Positions 27,093-35,012 of a stretch of DNA of 42,802 bases are shown in pieces. The first letter of the stretch is position 1; every line of letters starts with the position of its first letter. The translations under genes and the position numbers were made by a program. The notes beneath the pieces are model-generated. The model searched no databases. It saw only the letters and a list, made by a program, of their open reading frames with translations, and was not told the DNA's origin. Source of the stretch: a virus (taxonomy: Duplodnaviria > Caudoviricetes); IMG/VR virus record IMGVR_UViG_3300006851_000002, positions 1 through 42,802 of that record. One strand, 5' to 3'.

Positions 27093-28565
27093 TCATCCCA
27101 GCGGGTTGTATGGCTCGCCCGGCGGGCCGGACCCGTATGAACTGGACACTGCAGCCTCCAGATTCAGCCGACCGAACCGATCCGTGAGCCGCTGCGCCGC
27201 CTGAACAGGATAAGCGAAGGTCAGCGCCAACGCATCCGCGAAGTCCGGCGAACGGCCCAGGCGCTTCTTCACCTGCTCCTTCGGTTCCAGCAGTAGCTGG
27301 TCGCCCTTGAAGCTGTACGTGGGCGTGGTCAGTTCCGCGATCATCTCCGGAATGTGCGGGATCGCGCCGCCGCCCTTCACCCACTCGGCCAGCTTCCACC
27401 ACATTTCCGCCCGGATGTTCGCGTATCGGTAGTCGGTGGCCTTGCCGGCGAAGTGAATCCCGATGGGCTGGCGGTTCAGCACCTGTAGCTGGTCGATCCA
27501 TCCGCCACCGAACCCGCCGGTGTTGTCGATGAACACGCCGTCCGCTTCCCACTCCGTCCACTTCTTGTCCACCTGCGCGGCGCCGTAGATCGTATTGGCG
27601 TTCCGCAGCACCTGCGGCTTGAACGCGGCCAGACCCTGCCGGGGGAAGATGACCGAACGATCATCGCCCTCGCGCGCCACATCCACGCCCAGCACCCTCG
27701 CCGCGGCCTCGTACTCCGACTCCCTGACGTGCCGGGTCATCGCCGCCATGACTTCCTCATGCGTCAGCAGCGAGTTAAATCCGCCCGGCGGGAACAGGCC
27801 CAGGATGGTCGCCATCACCCACGGGTTGTCCCGGCCGTAGGTGTCGATCATCTCCTGCGCGTGTTCGGCGTCCACGCGCGGCGTGCGCTTCGGATCGTCC
27901 GGATCGGCGGTGATAATGATGATGTCCCACGTCGCCGCGGCCACGCTGCAGGAATCGTACAGCAGCCCGCCGGTACTGGTAGGGTTGCCGGCCTGCGCGA
28001 TCAGGGCATCGGCCGGGTTGCCGGTGAATATCTGCTGCGCCGCCTTACCCACGGCCAGGGGCATGTCGCCCGTCTCGTCCAGCAGGATGAACGGGAACTG
28101 CGAGTGCAGGCCGGACAGCGCGCGACCGATGGCCTCGTCGTCGGCCTTCTGAGCGAACGACCGGGCGGACAGGAACCACGTCTCCGGGTGATCCTTCGCG
28201 TAGATGCGCTCCTTCGTCCAGGTGAAGGCGGCCAGCAGCAGCGGGGACCGGGCCTGCCACTTCGACAGTTCCGCCCACAGGTTGTCTTTCAGGTTGTCCG
28301 CGGTGATCGACAGCGCGGCGCCCTTCGGATGCTCACCCTTGCGGCCGAAGCACAGCAGCCGGTGCCAGCCGATCCACGCCAGCGCCGCCGACTTGCCGGG
28401 GCCGGTACAGGCTTTCATGCAAACCTTGCGCCGCGGGTTCGGATCGCCGCCCAGCATCGCCAGCGCGTCCTTTTGCCACTCATCCGGCTCCACGCCGAAA
28501 ACGTCTCGCACGAACGCCACCGGGTCCAGTCGCCACCGCCTGATCTGTCCGCTGGCGTCACTCAT
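27093..28565 (-). CDS. terL: Terminase large subunit
   Basis: ATG 28565; PDEWQ, Walker A ACTGPGKS, Walker B ILLDE, GNP motif, nuclease LGVDVAREGDD and SPDFADALALTF. Confidence 0.93.
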   Translation of the reverse strand: MSDASGQIRRWRLDPVAFVRDVFGVEPDEWQKDALAMLGGDPNPRRKVCMKACTGPGKSAALAWIGWHRLLCFGRKGEHPKGAALSITADNLKDNLWAELSKWQARSPLLLAAFTWTKERIYAKDHPETWFLSARSFAQKADDEAIGRALSGLHSQFPFILLDETGDMPLAVGKAAQQIFTGNPADALIAQAGNPTSTGGLLYDSCSVAAATWDIIIITADPDDPKRTPRVDAEHAQEMIDTYGRDNPWVMATILGLFPPGGFNSLLTHEEVMAAMTRHVRESEYEAAARVLGVDVAREGDDRSVIFPRQGLAAFKPQVLRNANTIYGAAQVDKKWTEWEADGVFIDNTGGFGGGWIDQLQVLNRQPIGIHFAGKATDYRYANIRAEMWWKLAEWVKGGGAIPHIPEMIAELTTPTYSFKGDQLLLEPKEQVKKRLGRSPDFADALALTFAYPVQAAQRLTDRFGRLNLEAAVSSSYGSGPPGEPYNPLG

Positions 28566-28863
28566 GGCATCCACCTTGCGCGAGCGCCGGCCGATGCCTG
28601 CACGACCGGCACCAGTCCGCGAAGCCGTGCGCGATGGGGTACGGCGTCCCGCTGGGGAACTCCGGCGTCGGCTGGCCGATACCCACGCCGTCCCACGTCC
28701 TGCATACCGGCGAACTCCAGTCATCCCGAATCGTCACGGAAATCGGCTCGCCCGTCTCGCTGTCGATGCCGTGGCGAACCCGAACCCGATCTGCAGGCGG
28801 GCGGTTGTAGCAGGGCGGCGGCTCCGGGGCCATGTCGCAGTCCAGGAGCAGATTGGCCGTCAT
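28558..28863 (-). CDS. Hypothetical Cys-rich protein between rusA-like gene and terL
   Basis: 101 aa; overlaps both neighbours; CYNRPP..C..WCRSC. Confidence 0.6.
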   Translation of the reverse strand: MTANLLLDCDMAPEPPPCYNRPPADRVRVRHGIDSETGEPISVTIRDDWSSPVCRTWDGVGIGQPTPEFPSGTPYPIAHGFADWCRSCRHRPALAQGGCHE

Positions 28864-29300
28864 GCCTTCGCCTCATGGGGTCCGCCCGTGACCTGGACCC
28901 GCACCTGCCCGCCCGGCCGGACCTCATCGCTCAGGTACGGACGCGGCACGAACCGGCGGTCATCCACCCCCATCGTCTGCGCGATCCCGTCCAGCGCGGC
29001 CTTCATCGAGGACAGCAGGCCATCGGTGTCCCGGCGCCGGCGATCCGGCGGGTAGAACGTGATCCACACGAACAGGTCGCCATCCGGCCAATCCACGTAG
29101 TTCCAGCCGGCGGCCATGGTTTCCCACCCAGCGGCGGCGCGCGCGGCGGCCGTGGCCTTCGCCTTCGGCGCCCAATGAACCCGCGCGTTCGGGTGCAGCT
29201 TTCGATCCGGCCACGGCAGCAGAAGCGGGCGCACCGTGTCCGCATCGGATGCGGACATCCTGCGGACATCCTGCGGACTGGATGCGGACCCGTCAGCCAT
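28860..29300 (-). CDS. rusA: RusA-like Holliday junction resolvase
   Basis: LPWP..LHPNAR.HW, ITFYPPDRRRRDTDGLLSSMKAALDGIA..GVDDRRF motifs; ATG 29300 with GAGG RBS. Confidence 0.8.
   Translation of the reverse strand: MADGSASSPQDVRRMSASDADTVRPLLLPWPDRKLHPNARVHWAPKAKATAAARAAAGWETMAAGWNYVDWPDGDLFVWITFYPPDRRRRDTDGLLSSMKAALDGIAQTMGVDDRRFVPRPYLSDEVRPGGQVRVQVTGGPHEAKA
29229..29289. repeat. Iteron-like array: TGCGGAC x4 at 11-bp spacing plus one inverted copy
   Basis: TGCGGAC at 29250, 29261, 29272, 29283; GTCCGCA at 29238; same motif as in the initiator gene. Confidence 0.85.
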
Positions 29301-29727
29301 CCGCCTCGCCCTCGGCCCGGTTCGCGCCGGCCACAAGCTGCTCCAGGGTCACGTGCGCGCTGACCTCAACCTTCGACCCGTACCGCTTCGGGCTGCGCCG
29401 CTCCATCCGCCAGCGAGTGTTACCCAGCACCACGTTCACCGCGTAGGCGTCCAGGTGCTCCGGGTCGTCCTTGGGCAGCAGCGTCCGGCGCTCCAGTTCC
29501 TCCATCCGGTCGTAGTCCGCATCGGCGTGGGATTCGCACGCGCGCGCACATAGTTCATCGAAACCTGCATCCTCGATACGCCACCTGCGGATCGTCTCAG
29601 TCGCCGGCAGGCCGGCTCCCCGCGCCTCCGGTTCGTTGAACCAACTGAACGGCCGCCCTTCCTGCAGCAGCCGGATGACGCGATCACACAGTTCCGGTGA
29701 CTTCATGGATGGCCTTCCACCGCTCAC
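29293..29727 (-). CDS. terS: Terminase small subunit
   Basis: 144 aa; GRPS..SPELCDRVI..LQEG, P..ETIRRW, RWRMERRSPKRYG motifs of Sf6/P22-type TerS. Confidence 0.8.
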   Translation of the reverse strand: MSGGRPSMKSPELCDRVIRLLQEGRPFSWFNEPEARGAGLPATETIRRWRIEDAGFDELCARACESHADADYDRMEELERRTLLPKDDPEHLDAYAVNVVLGNTRWRMERRSPKRYGSKVEVSAHVTLEQLVAGANRAEGEADG

Positions 29728-29841
29728 GGCTTGGCCTCCACACGGAACAGCCCCCAGCGGGACGTTGCCATCCAGCGGATCATGCGCTGCAGCATCACAG
29801 GCTCCCCAGCACGAAACAGATGGTGGCGAGGAATGAGACGT

Positions 29842-30132
29842 TCATGGTGACTCCTGTTGTGGGACGGGCTGGCCGCGAATCTTGCGGATGCCCTCGATGT
29901 TGGCCTCGTAGACTTCCAAGCACTTGCGCCGGCCGCGGGCGACCGAATGGATGACCTCCTGCGGCGCGTTCCTGATCCAGTGGCACGGCGCCAGCAGTTC
30001 ATCCTTCACCGGGACGTAGTGCGGGACCACGACCTCGACGATTTCCGGCGCCGGCGGGGGGCGGTCGGGACGGACATCACGGCCGCACCCAACAATCAGG
30101 ATCAGGATTGCGACGCAGATCATTGATTTCAT
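29842..30132 (-). CDS. o-spanin (Rz1-like lipoprotein)
   Basis: Signal peptide with lipobox ILIVG-C, Pro-rich linker, further Cys residues; follows the i-spanin. Confidence 0.8.
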   Translation of the reverse strand: MKSMICVAILILIVGCGRDVRPDRPPPAPEIVEVVVPHYVPVKDELLAPCHWIRNAPQEVIHSVARGRRKCLEVYEANIEGIRKIRGQPVPQQESP

Positions 30133-30143
30133 TACAACCCCCG

Positions 30144-30692
30144 TCAGTAGTCCGACAGCGCCGGGCAGGCTTTCGCCATGGCCTGCAGCGCAGCTTCACA
30201 CTCAGGCGGCCGGTTTTCGAATGCCTCCTGGTATTTCTGTTCGCTGGCAGCCGCCGCGTTGCGCGCCCGCTCGGCGTCACCCAGCGCAGCCTCAGATTGC
30301 TTGGCGGCGATTTCCAGCAGCCGGCGGTTGTTCTCGGCCAATGCGGCGAACCGGGCAATCGTCCGGTCCCGGTCACTCACTCCGGCCGACAGCGCTTCGA
30401 TCCTGAACGTGGACCGGGCCCGTTCCAGCGCAAATTTGGCCCGCTCATGCTGGATGATGGAGCCGCGTTGCCACGACTGTAGCCCGACCGCGACACAGGC
30501 CAGCGCCAGGACCGCGCACGTCGCTCGCAATGGGTTCCCTGGGGTCCGCAGCCACTCCCGCGCCCGGCCGGCCCAGTCGGCCACTGCCCCCAGCATCGAC
30601 CGGGCAATCTTCGCCAGGCTCCCAAGTCCGACTGCCCATCCGACTCCACCCACCACCAGCGCCAGCAGCGCGCCCACCAGCCAACCGTTCAT
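30144..30692 (-). CDS. i-spanin (Rz-like)
   Basis: N-terminal hydrophobic segments, coiled-coil body, C-terminal Cys pair; in the lysis cassette. Confidence 0.7.
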   Translation of the reverse strand: MNGWLVGALLALVVGGVGWAVGLGSLAKIARSMLGAVADWAGRAREWLRTPGNPLRATCAVLALACVAVGLQSWQRGSIIQHERAKFALERARSTFRIEALSAGVSDRDRTIARFAALAENNRRLLEIAAKQSEAALGDAERARNAAAASEQKYQEAFENRPPECEAALQAMAKACPALSDY

Positions 30693-31159
30693 TTATCACC
30701 CCCGATCACGTTGCTTGCCCTTCGCTCAACGGCAACCAGCAGCGCCGGCAGCCATGGGCGGATGCCTACGCCGACGATGGCCGTGGACGGCAGGATCAGC
30801 GAGTCATCGATGGTAAGCCGGGTCAGCGTATGCACCGCGCCAACGCCAACTTGGACGGTCCAGGCGGCGAGAAAGGCGTAGCAGATGATCACCCCCACCA
30901 GCGGCAGCGCGGTCAGCACCCGATAGGCCAGGCGGCGCTTCCAGCTCAGGTTGCCGTGGTCGGTCACGCGCGCCACGTCGCGGGCCGGCAGCAGGAAGAA
31001 CCCGATCATGGTCCCGGCCACCGCCAGCAGCAGCATCGACGCCGGCACGTTCAGGATTGTCGTCTCGCCGGATGACGCCATCTCGCCGGCGGCGCCAACC
31101 ACCGACAGCACCCCGAAGATCAGCGGGCCGGCCTTGCCGCCGTTGATGATGCTTTCCAT
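30689..31159 (-). CDS. Putative holin (multi-TM membrane protein)
   Basis: ATG 31159; about four hydrophobic helices; lies between endolysin and spanins. Confidence 0.65.
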   Translation of the reverse strand: MESIINGGKAGPLIFGVLSVVGAAGEMASSGETTILNVPASMLLLAVAGTMIGFFLLPARDVARVTDHGNLSWKRRLAYRVLTALPLVGVIICYAFLAAWTVQVGVGAVHTLTRLTIDDSLILPSTAIVGVGIRPWLPALLVAVERRASNVIGGDK

Positions 31160-31161
31160 GC

Positions 31162-31683
31162 TCAGGTGTCCGCGGCGCCGTGGCGCAGGTTCGATGCGAT
31201 CCGACGCGCCCAGCCTCGCCCGTGATTCGGCCAGTTCCGCAGCCCGGTCAGGAAGTCCAGCCGTTCGGCCAGGAACCGCATCACGATGTCGGCCGGGTCC
31301 GCCGCGGCCACCGCGCGCTTCGTGACCGGCCCGATGATCCCGTCGTCGGCCACCAGCACCGCTCGCTGCAGCCACCGGGTCGCCTGCCGTATGCCGCTGT
31401 TCACGGCGCCGTCGAGTAGCTGGAACCCCACCGCCGGCGGGAGTCGGTCAGCCCTGGACGCACGCCAGAAGTCTCGACGGTATATTTCGGCGGCCTGCGC
31501 CCACGTCAGGTTCTTGATGTCCAGGTGCGGGTAGGTGTTGGCGGCGATGCCGTACTTCGTTCCCAGCAGCTTTCCCGCGCCTACCCTGCCGCCGGTCCAG
31601 TTCCCCGGATCAGTCCGGTCGGACGAATACCCGCCCTCATGGGACAGGATGCGGCGGATGAAAGTGTCGAAATGATCGGCCAC
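31162..31683 (-). CDS. Endolysin, glycoside hydrolase family 108 with C-terminal PG-binding domain
   Basis: HEGGY..D..DPGNWTGG..GTKYGI, YRRDFW, DGAVNSG, DGIIGPVT, GRGWARRI; GTG 31683 with GAGGGG RBS. Confidence 0.9.
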   Translation of the reverse strand: MADHFDTFIRRILSHEGGYSSDRTDPGNWTGGRVGAGKLLGTKYGIAANTYPHLDIKNLTWAQAAEIYRRDFWRASRADRLPPAVGFQLLDGAVNSGIRQATRWLQRAVLVADDGIIGPVTKRAVAAADPADIVMRFLAERLDFLTGLRNWPNHGRGWARRIASNLRHGAADT

Positions 31684-31738
31684 GGCCGTCCCCTCGGGCA
31701 TGGGATGCTCTATCGTCGCACGGTTCCACGGGAGACTC

Positions 31739-31777
31739 AAAGAAAAGCCCCGCCTGCCGGGGGATGGCAGGCGGGGC
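31739..31777 (-). terminator. Strong intrinsic terminator separating middle genes from lysis/late genes
   Basis: 12-bp stem GCCCCGCCTGCC/GGCAGGCGGGGC, 7-nt loop, then TTTTCTTT on - strand. Confidence 0.85.
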
Positions 31778-31832
31778 GGGGCGCGGCTCACAGGGGGAAA
31801 GCCACGGACCGATTGTGCCGCTACCAGCGGCG

Positions 31833-32117
31833 CTACGCAAGCACCTCACGCTCCACCAGCCGCTTGATCGTGATGTTCAGCGCGCCGACTTCATCCAGCT
31901 TCATAATCCGCCACATCGTCTTTCGGCCGTGCCATCCGTTCTCGCTCCCACGATGGCAGTCCATGCACAGCGCGACCGTTGTGTAATGCTGGCCCTGGCT
32001 GATGTGATGCGCCTCGCTCGGTGCTGGATGGTCACACACGGAACAGGGCAGGGACTTCACGCTTGCCATGTGTTCCGACTCCCGCTTCGTGATCGACTTT
32101 GCGTTCTTCGTTCTCAC
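31833..32117 (-). CDS. DUF968/Ref-like HNH-fold zinc protein
   Basis: LPCSVC..SEAHHI..TVALCMDCHRG..GWHG. Confidence 0.7.
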   Translation of the reverse strand: MRTKNAKSITKRESEHMASVKSLPCSVCDHPAPSEAHHISQGQHYTTVALCMDCHRGSENGWHGRKTMWRIMKLDEVGALNITIKRLVEREVLA

Positions 32118-32644
32118 GACTCACCTCCCTGCTGGGCGTCGAGGGCGTCGAGTAGCGCGGTGATGTCGCGCATGCGCACGGCGGGCCAGCCGTCCGGCTC
32201 GTGGTCCTGCTCTAGCAGGCGCAGCCGCTCCACAAGGTCATCCTCGATGTCCACCACCTTCGCCCGCCGCTTGGCTAGCGATTGGAAGTGGTGGCATGTG
32301 TCGGTCAGCATGGAGTGCGATGCTTTCCACGCCTCAACGTCCACCCGCAGGGATTCAATTAAGTCTTTCTGCCGCTCGATTCTGGCCCGCAGCGACCCAT
32401 TCTCGTTCAACATGCGCTGCCCGTATTCGTGCTCGTTCAGCGCCGCATCTTGGTATTCATGCAGGTCTGATTTCAGCGCCTCTATCTCGGCGATCAGCGG
32501 CTCGGTGGCACGGGCTACGTTGACGTGGGCGTAGTCCTGCACCTGTTCGGCGGTGAACACGTCCAGCGCGGCACCATTTCCGTCAGGCGAGAAGATAACG
32601 TCCACCCCCTCCGGCAGCGGCAGCAGCTCGATGTCAGTGCTCAT
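32114..32644 (-). CDS. Hypothetical accessory protein (coiled coil)
   Basis: ATG 32644 overlaps the upstream stop; MSTDIELLPLPEG..FTAEQVQDYA start. Confidence 0.7.
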   Translation of the reverse strand: MSTDIELLPLPEGVDVIFSPDGNGAALDVFTAEQVQDYAHVNVARATEPLIAEIEALKSDLHEYQDAALNEHEYGQRMLNENGSLRARIERQKDLIESLRVDVEAWKASHSMLTDTCHHFQSLAKRRAKVVDIEDDLVERLRLLEQDHEPDGWPAVRMRDITALLDALDAQQGGES

Positions 32645-32811
32645 GGCGTTGGCCCCCAACCGTGGAGCTCAAAGGTCAGGAAGCGCTTCCCGGCCACCAA
32701 GGTCCAGCTGCGAACGTTGTGCAGGCTCGCGTTGCGGCCGATCCGGAAGCGATGGGACACGCGATCTTTCCAGTACCCGAGCACTATCTTTTTATTCACG
32801 TCAGTGCTCAT
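32641..32811 (-). CDS. Small hypothetical protein
   Basis: 56 aa MSTDVNKKIVLGYW..; ATGA coupling at both ends. Confidence 0.55.
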   Translation of the reverse strand: MSTDVNKKIVLGYWKDRVSHRFRIGRNASLHNVRSWTLVAGKRFLTFELHGWGPTP

Positions 32812-33665
32812 TCCTGCGGCCCTCCCTGCTGGGCGGCGAGGGCGTCCATTTCGGCACTGAACGGCGGTGCCTCGGCTGGAGCGAACCAATCCCACTCTTC
32901 AGCGTCGTATCCGCCGTACTGCGGCGGACGTGGGCCGTCTACCGTGTCGCCGCGCGCGAACCAGAACAGATCGTCGCTGGCCGGAAGAACATTGATCGGC
33001 TTCCACACCATCGCCCCATCCACGGCTGCGGGCTGCTGGGCGGCGAGGGCGCGCTCCAACGCTTCGGCGCACTCGTCGGACGCCTGCTCATAGCCCTTGT
33101 CGAACTCGGTGTGTTCCTCGCCGTTGTCCTCACGCTGACGCCACAGGGCGGGCAGCGATGCGACCTCCACCCCCACGGGCGCTGCAGGTGCGGGCTGCTG
33201 GGCGAGGGCGGCACGGTCAACGAGTTCGACGTAGGAATAGTTTGGCGCGCGCAGGTTTTGGTTCCGGTAGTCCGACGCTGCGCTTGCTACCCACTCCGAC
33301 GCTTCGTCGCGGTCATAGGCCAGCTTCACCAGCGGCCCGCCTTCACGCTCGCGCACGCCAACTGCCAGCCCCTCCATCCCCACGGGCGCGCTCGGGGGTG
33401 CGGCACCCTCATGGCGGACAGCGCGGGCATCCAGATCGTTCCACGACAATCTGCCGTTCGCGTAATCCCACGCATCGGACAGCGTCACTACTCGCAGCCC
33501 GTCCGCCGGCTGCGCCTCGGCAGGGGGACTCTGAGACGAAACTAACCCGCTCCCCCTGATGTCTTTAACCAGCGACTTCAACTGCGTTCCGGTCACATGG
33601 ACCCCTTTCTCAATACAGTCGGCGTAGTGATCCAGCCGCCGCAAAATCCCCTGCTCATCGTTCAT
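32808..33665 (-). CDS. Mosaic hypothetical accessory protein
   Basis: 285 aa with repeated linker motifs (APVG, AL(A)AQQ); ATGA coupling. Confidence 0.7.
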   Translation of the reverse strand: MNDEQGILRRLDHYADCIEKGVHVTGTQLKSLVKDIRGSGLVSSQSPPAEAQPADGLRVVTLSDAWDYANGRLSWNDLDARAVRHEGAAPPSAPVGMEGLAVGVREREGGPLVKLAYDRDEASEWVASAASDYRNQNLRAPNYSYVELVDRAALAQQPAPAAPVGVEVASLPALWRQREDNGEEHTEFDKGYEQASDECAEALERALAAQQPAAVDGAMVWKPINVLPASDDLFWFARGDTVDGPRPPQYGGYDAEEWDWFAPAEAPPFSAEMDALAAQQGGPQE

Positions 33666-34144
33666 GTCGGTTCCTCGATCAAAGATTCAAAGTCATCGGC
33701 CCAACGCAGGCCGCGCGCTACCTCAGAGCAATACCCCTCCGACATATTCAGCCGACGGGCTATCTCCCTGTTAGGCAATCCCGCCGCCCGCATCTCCCGC
33801 GCCCGCCTGGCGACATCCTCAGTCACCACACCGCGATACAAATCACTTTCTTCTCCCGACTTCTTTCTCCCCTTCTCCACAGCGTCTATAAGGTTGTCAG
33901 ACTGAGTTCCAAGGAACAGGTGATCGGGGTTGACGCACGTTGGCTCGTCGCACTTGTGGCATACGTTCATCCCGGAAGGTATGGGACCGTTTTCCATCTC
34001 AAAGCTGAACCTATGCGCCCTCACGTTCTTCTTTCCATTCCAGAAGCAGTCGTATCTGCGCGCTGAAAGAGACTTGATCCACAGCCAGCACCCGGACTCA
34101 GGGACTGGAACGTATGAATCATGGAAGCGATCATGGGTTTTCAC
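33662..34144 (-). CDS. HNH endonuclease (homing-type) with C-terminal HTH
   Basis: SGCWLW, AHRFSF, VCHKCDEPTCVNPDHLFLGTQSDN motifs; visibly AT-richer than its flanks. Confidence 0.88.
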   Translation of the reverse strand: MKTHDRFHDSYVPVPESGCWLWIKSLSARRYDCFWNGKKNVRAHRFSFEMENGPIPSGMNVCHKCDEPTCVNPDHLFLGTQSDNLIDAVEKGRKKSGEESDLYRGVVTEDVARRAREMRAAGLPNREIARRLNMSEGYCSEVARGLRWADDFESLIEEPT

Positions 34145-34670
34145 TTATCAATCCCTCGAAGTCAGCGACCTGATCCGGAGATAGGTCGGGGTAATCATTT
34201 TCAGCGGTGTACTCCACCATCTGACGGAAGATAGCCTGAAACTCATCCTCATCGAGTTCGTCGAAGCTGATGCTTCGCGGCTCCATGCGCGTCACCTCCA
34301 TCATCCCCATTCCGGGGATGTCCAAGTCGTATGCCACCCGCTCACACCCGGCGCGAGCGCGGGCCTGGCACTCCTTCACCGCCGCGTGCGAATCCGGCTT
34401 GCCGTTCGCGCCGATGAACCCGGCGTAGGCCGGGACGTGCATGACCAGGAACGTCCCGAACTGGTGAACAAGCCGGTGGAACCCTTCGTGCCGCGGGTTC
34501 TTGATTTCCACTCGCACCCGGCCGTCCTCGCGGAACCGACGCGCCTGCAGGATGCGCCGGTCCACCTGACTGCACGCCACCAGCGCGCGCACTTCCTCGC
34601 CAGTCTCCGGGTCCACCAGGCGGCGCCAGCGCATGTACACATAGCGGCGCGAGGGTTTCTTAGCGGCCAT
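34131..34670 (-). CDS. DUF1367-like phage protein
   Basis: KNPRHEGFHRLVH..PRSISFDELDEDEFQAIF motif. Confidence 0.65.
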   Translation of the reverse strand: MAAKKPSRRYVYMRWRRLVDPETGEEVRALVACSQVDRRILQARRFREDGRVRVEIKNPRHEGFHRLVHQFGTFLVMHVPAYAGFIGANGKPDSHAAVKECQARARAGCERVAYDLDIPGMGMMEVTRMEPRSISFDELDEDEFQAIFRQMVEYTAENDYPDLSPDQVADFEGLISENP

Positions 34671-34682
34671 CGCCGATCCCCA

Positions 34683-35012
34683 TCACTGGATCATCTCCCG
34701 GTAGCTGCCGCCAAGTTCCGCCACCAGCCGGTCCATGTCCGCCATCTCGCTGTCGCTCAGGCCGTTGCGGCGCTGATACTCGCTGCGCGCCCACGCCTCC
34801 GCATCGGCGTCCGCTGTCTCCGGCACCGCGTCCGCAGCGCCCAGCGGATCGCCCAGGATCAGGCGGGTCACTACCTCGCAAGGGTCCAGCCGGTGCTGGA
34901 ACGCCAGTTCGCGCAGCCGCTCAGATGCCTGCCCGCTGATCCGCGGACCCCGCACCCACCCGGCCTCCCGGCGCTTGCGCTCATACCGGGCGTTGTGTTC
35001 AGGCTTCGCCAT
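34683..35012 (-). CDS. Hypothetical protein, possible ribbon-helix-helix DNA binder
   Basis: RYERKRREAG..RISGQASERLRELA..EVVTRLI; directly downstream of the initiator. Confidence 0.5.
   Translation of the reverse strand: MAKPEHNARYERKRREAGWVRGPRISGQASERLRELAFQHRLDPCEVVTRLILGDPLGAADAVPETADADAEAWARSEYQRRNGLSDSEMADMDRLVAELGGSYREMIQ

Noticed and set aside
29229-29289. CRISPR array or simple VNTR
   Set aside because: 7-bp cores with 4-bp spacers are far too short for CRISPR, and the match to the origin motif argues for protein-binding sites
5421-29363. Long + strand ORFs (540, 770, 634, 757, 835, 645, 544 aa)
   Set aside because: Antisense shadows of GC-rich - strand genes; Arg/His/Pro-rich with no motifs
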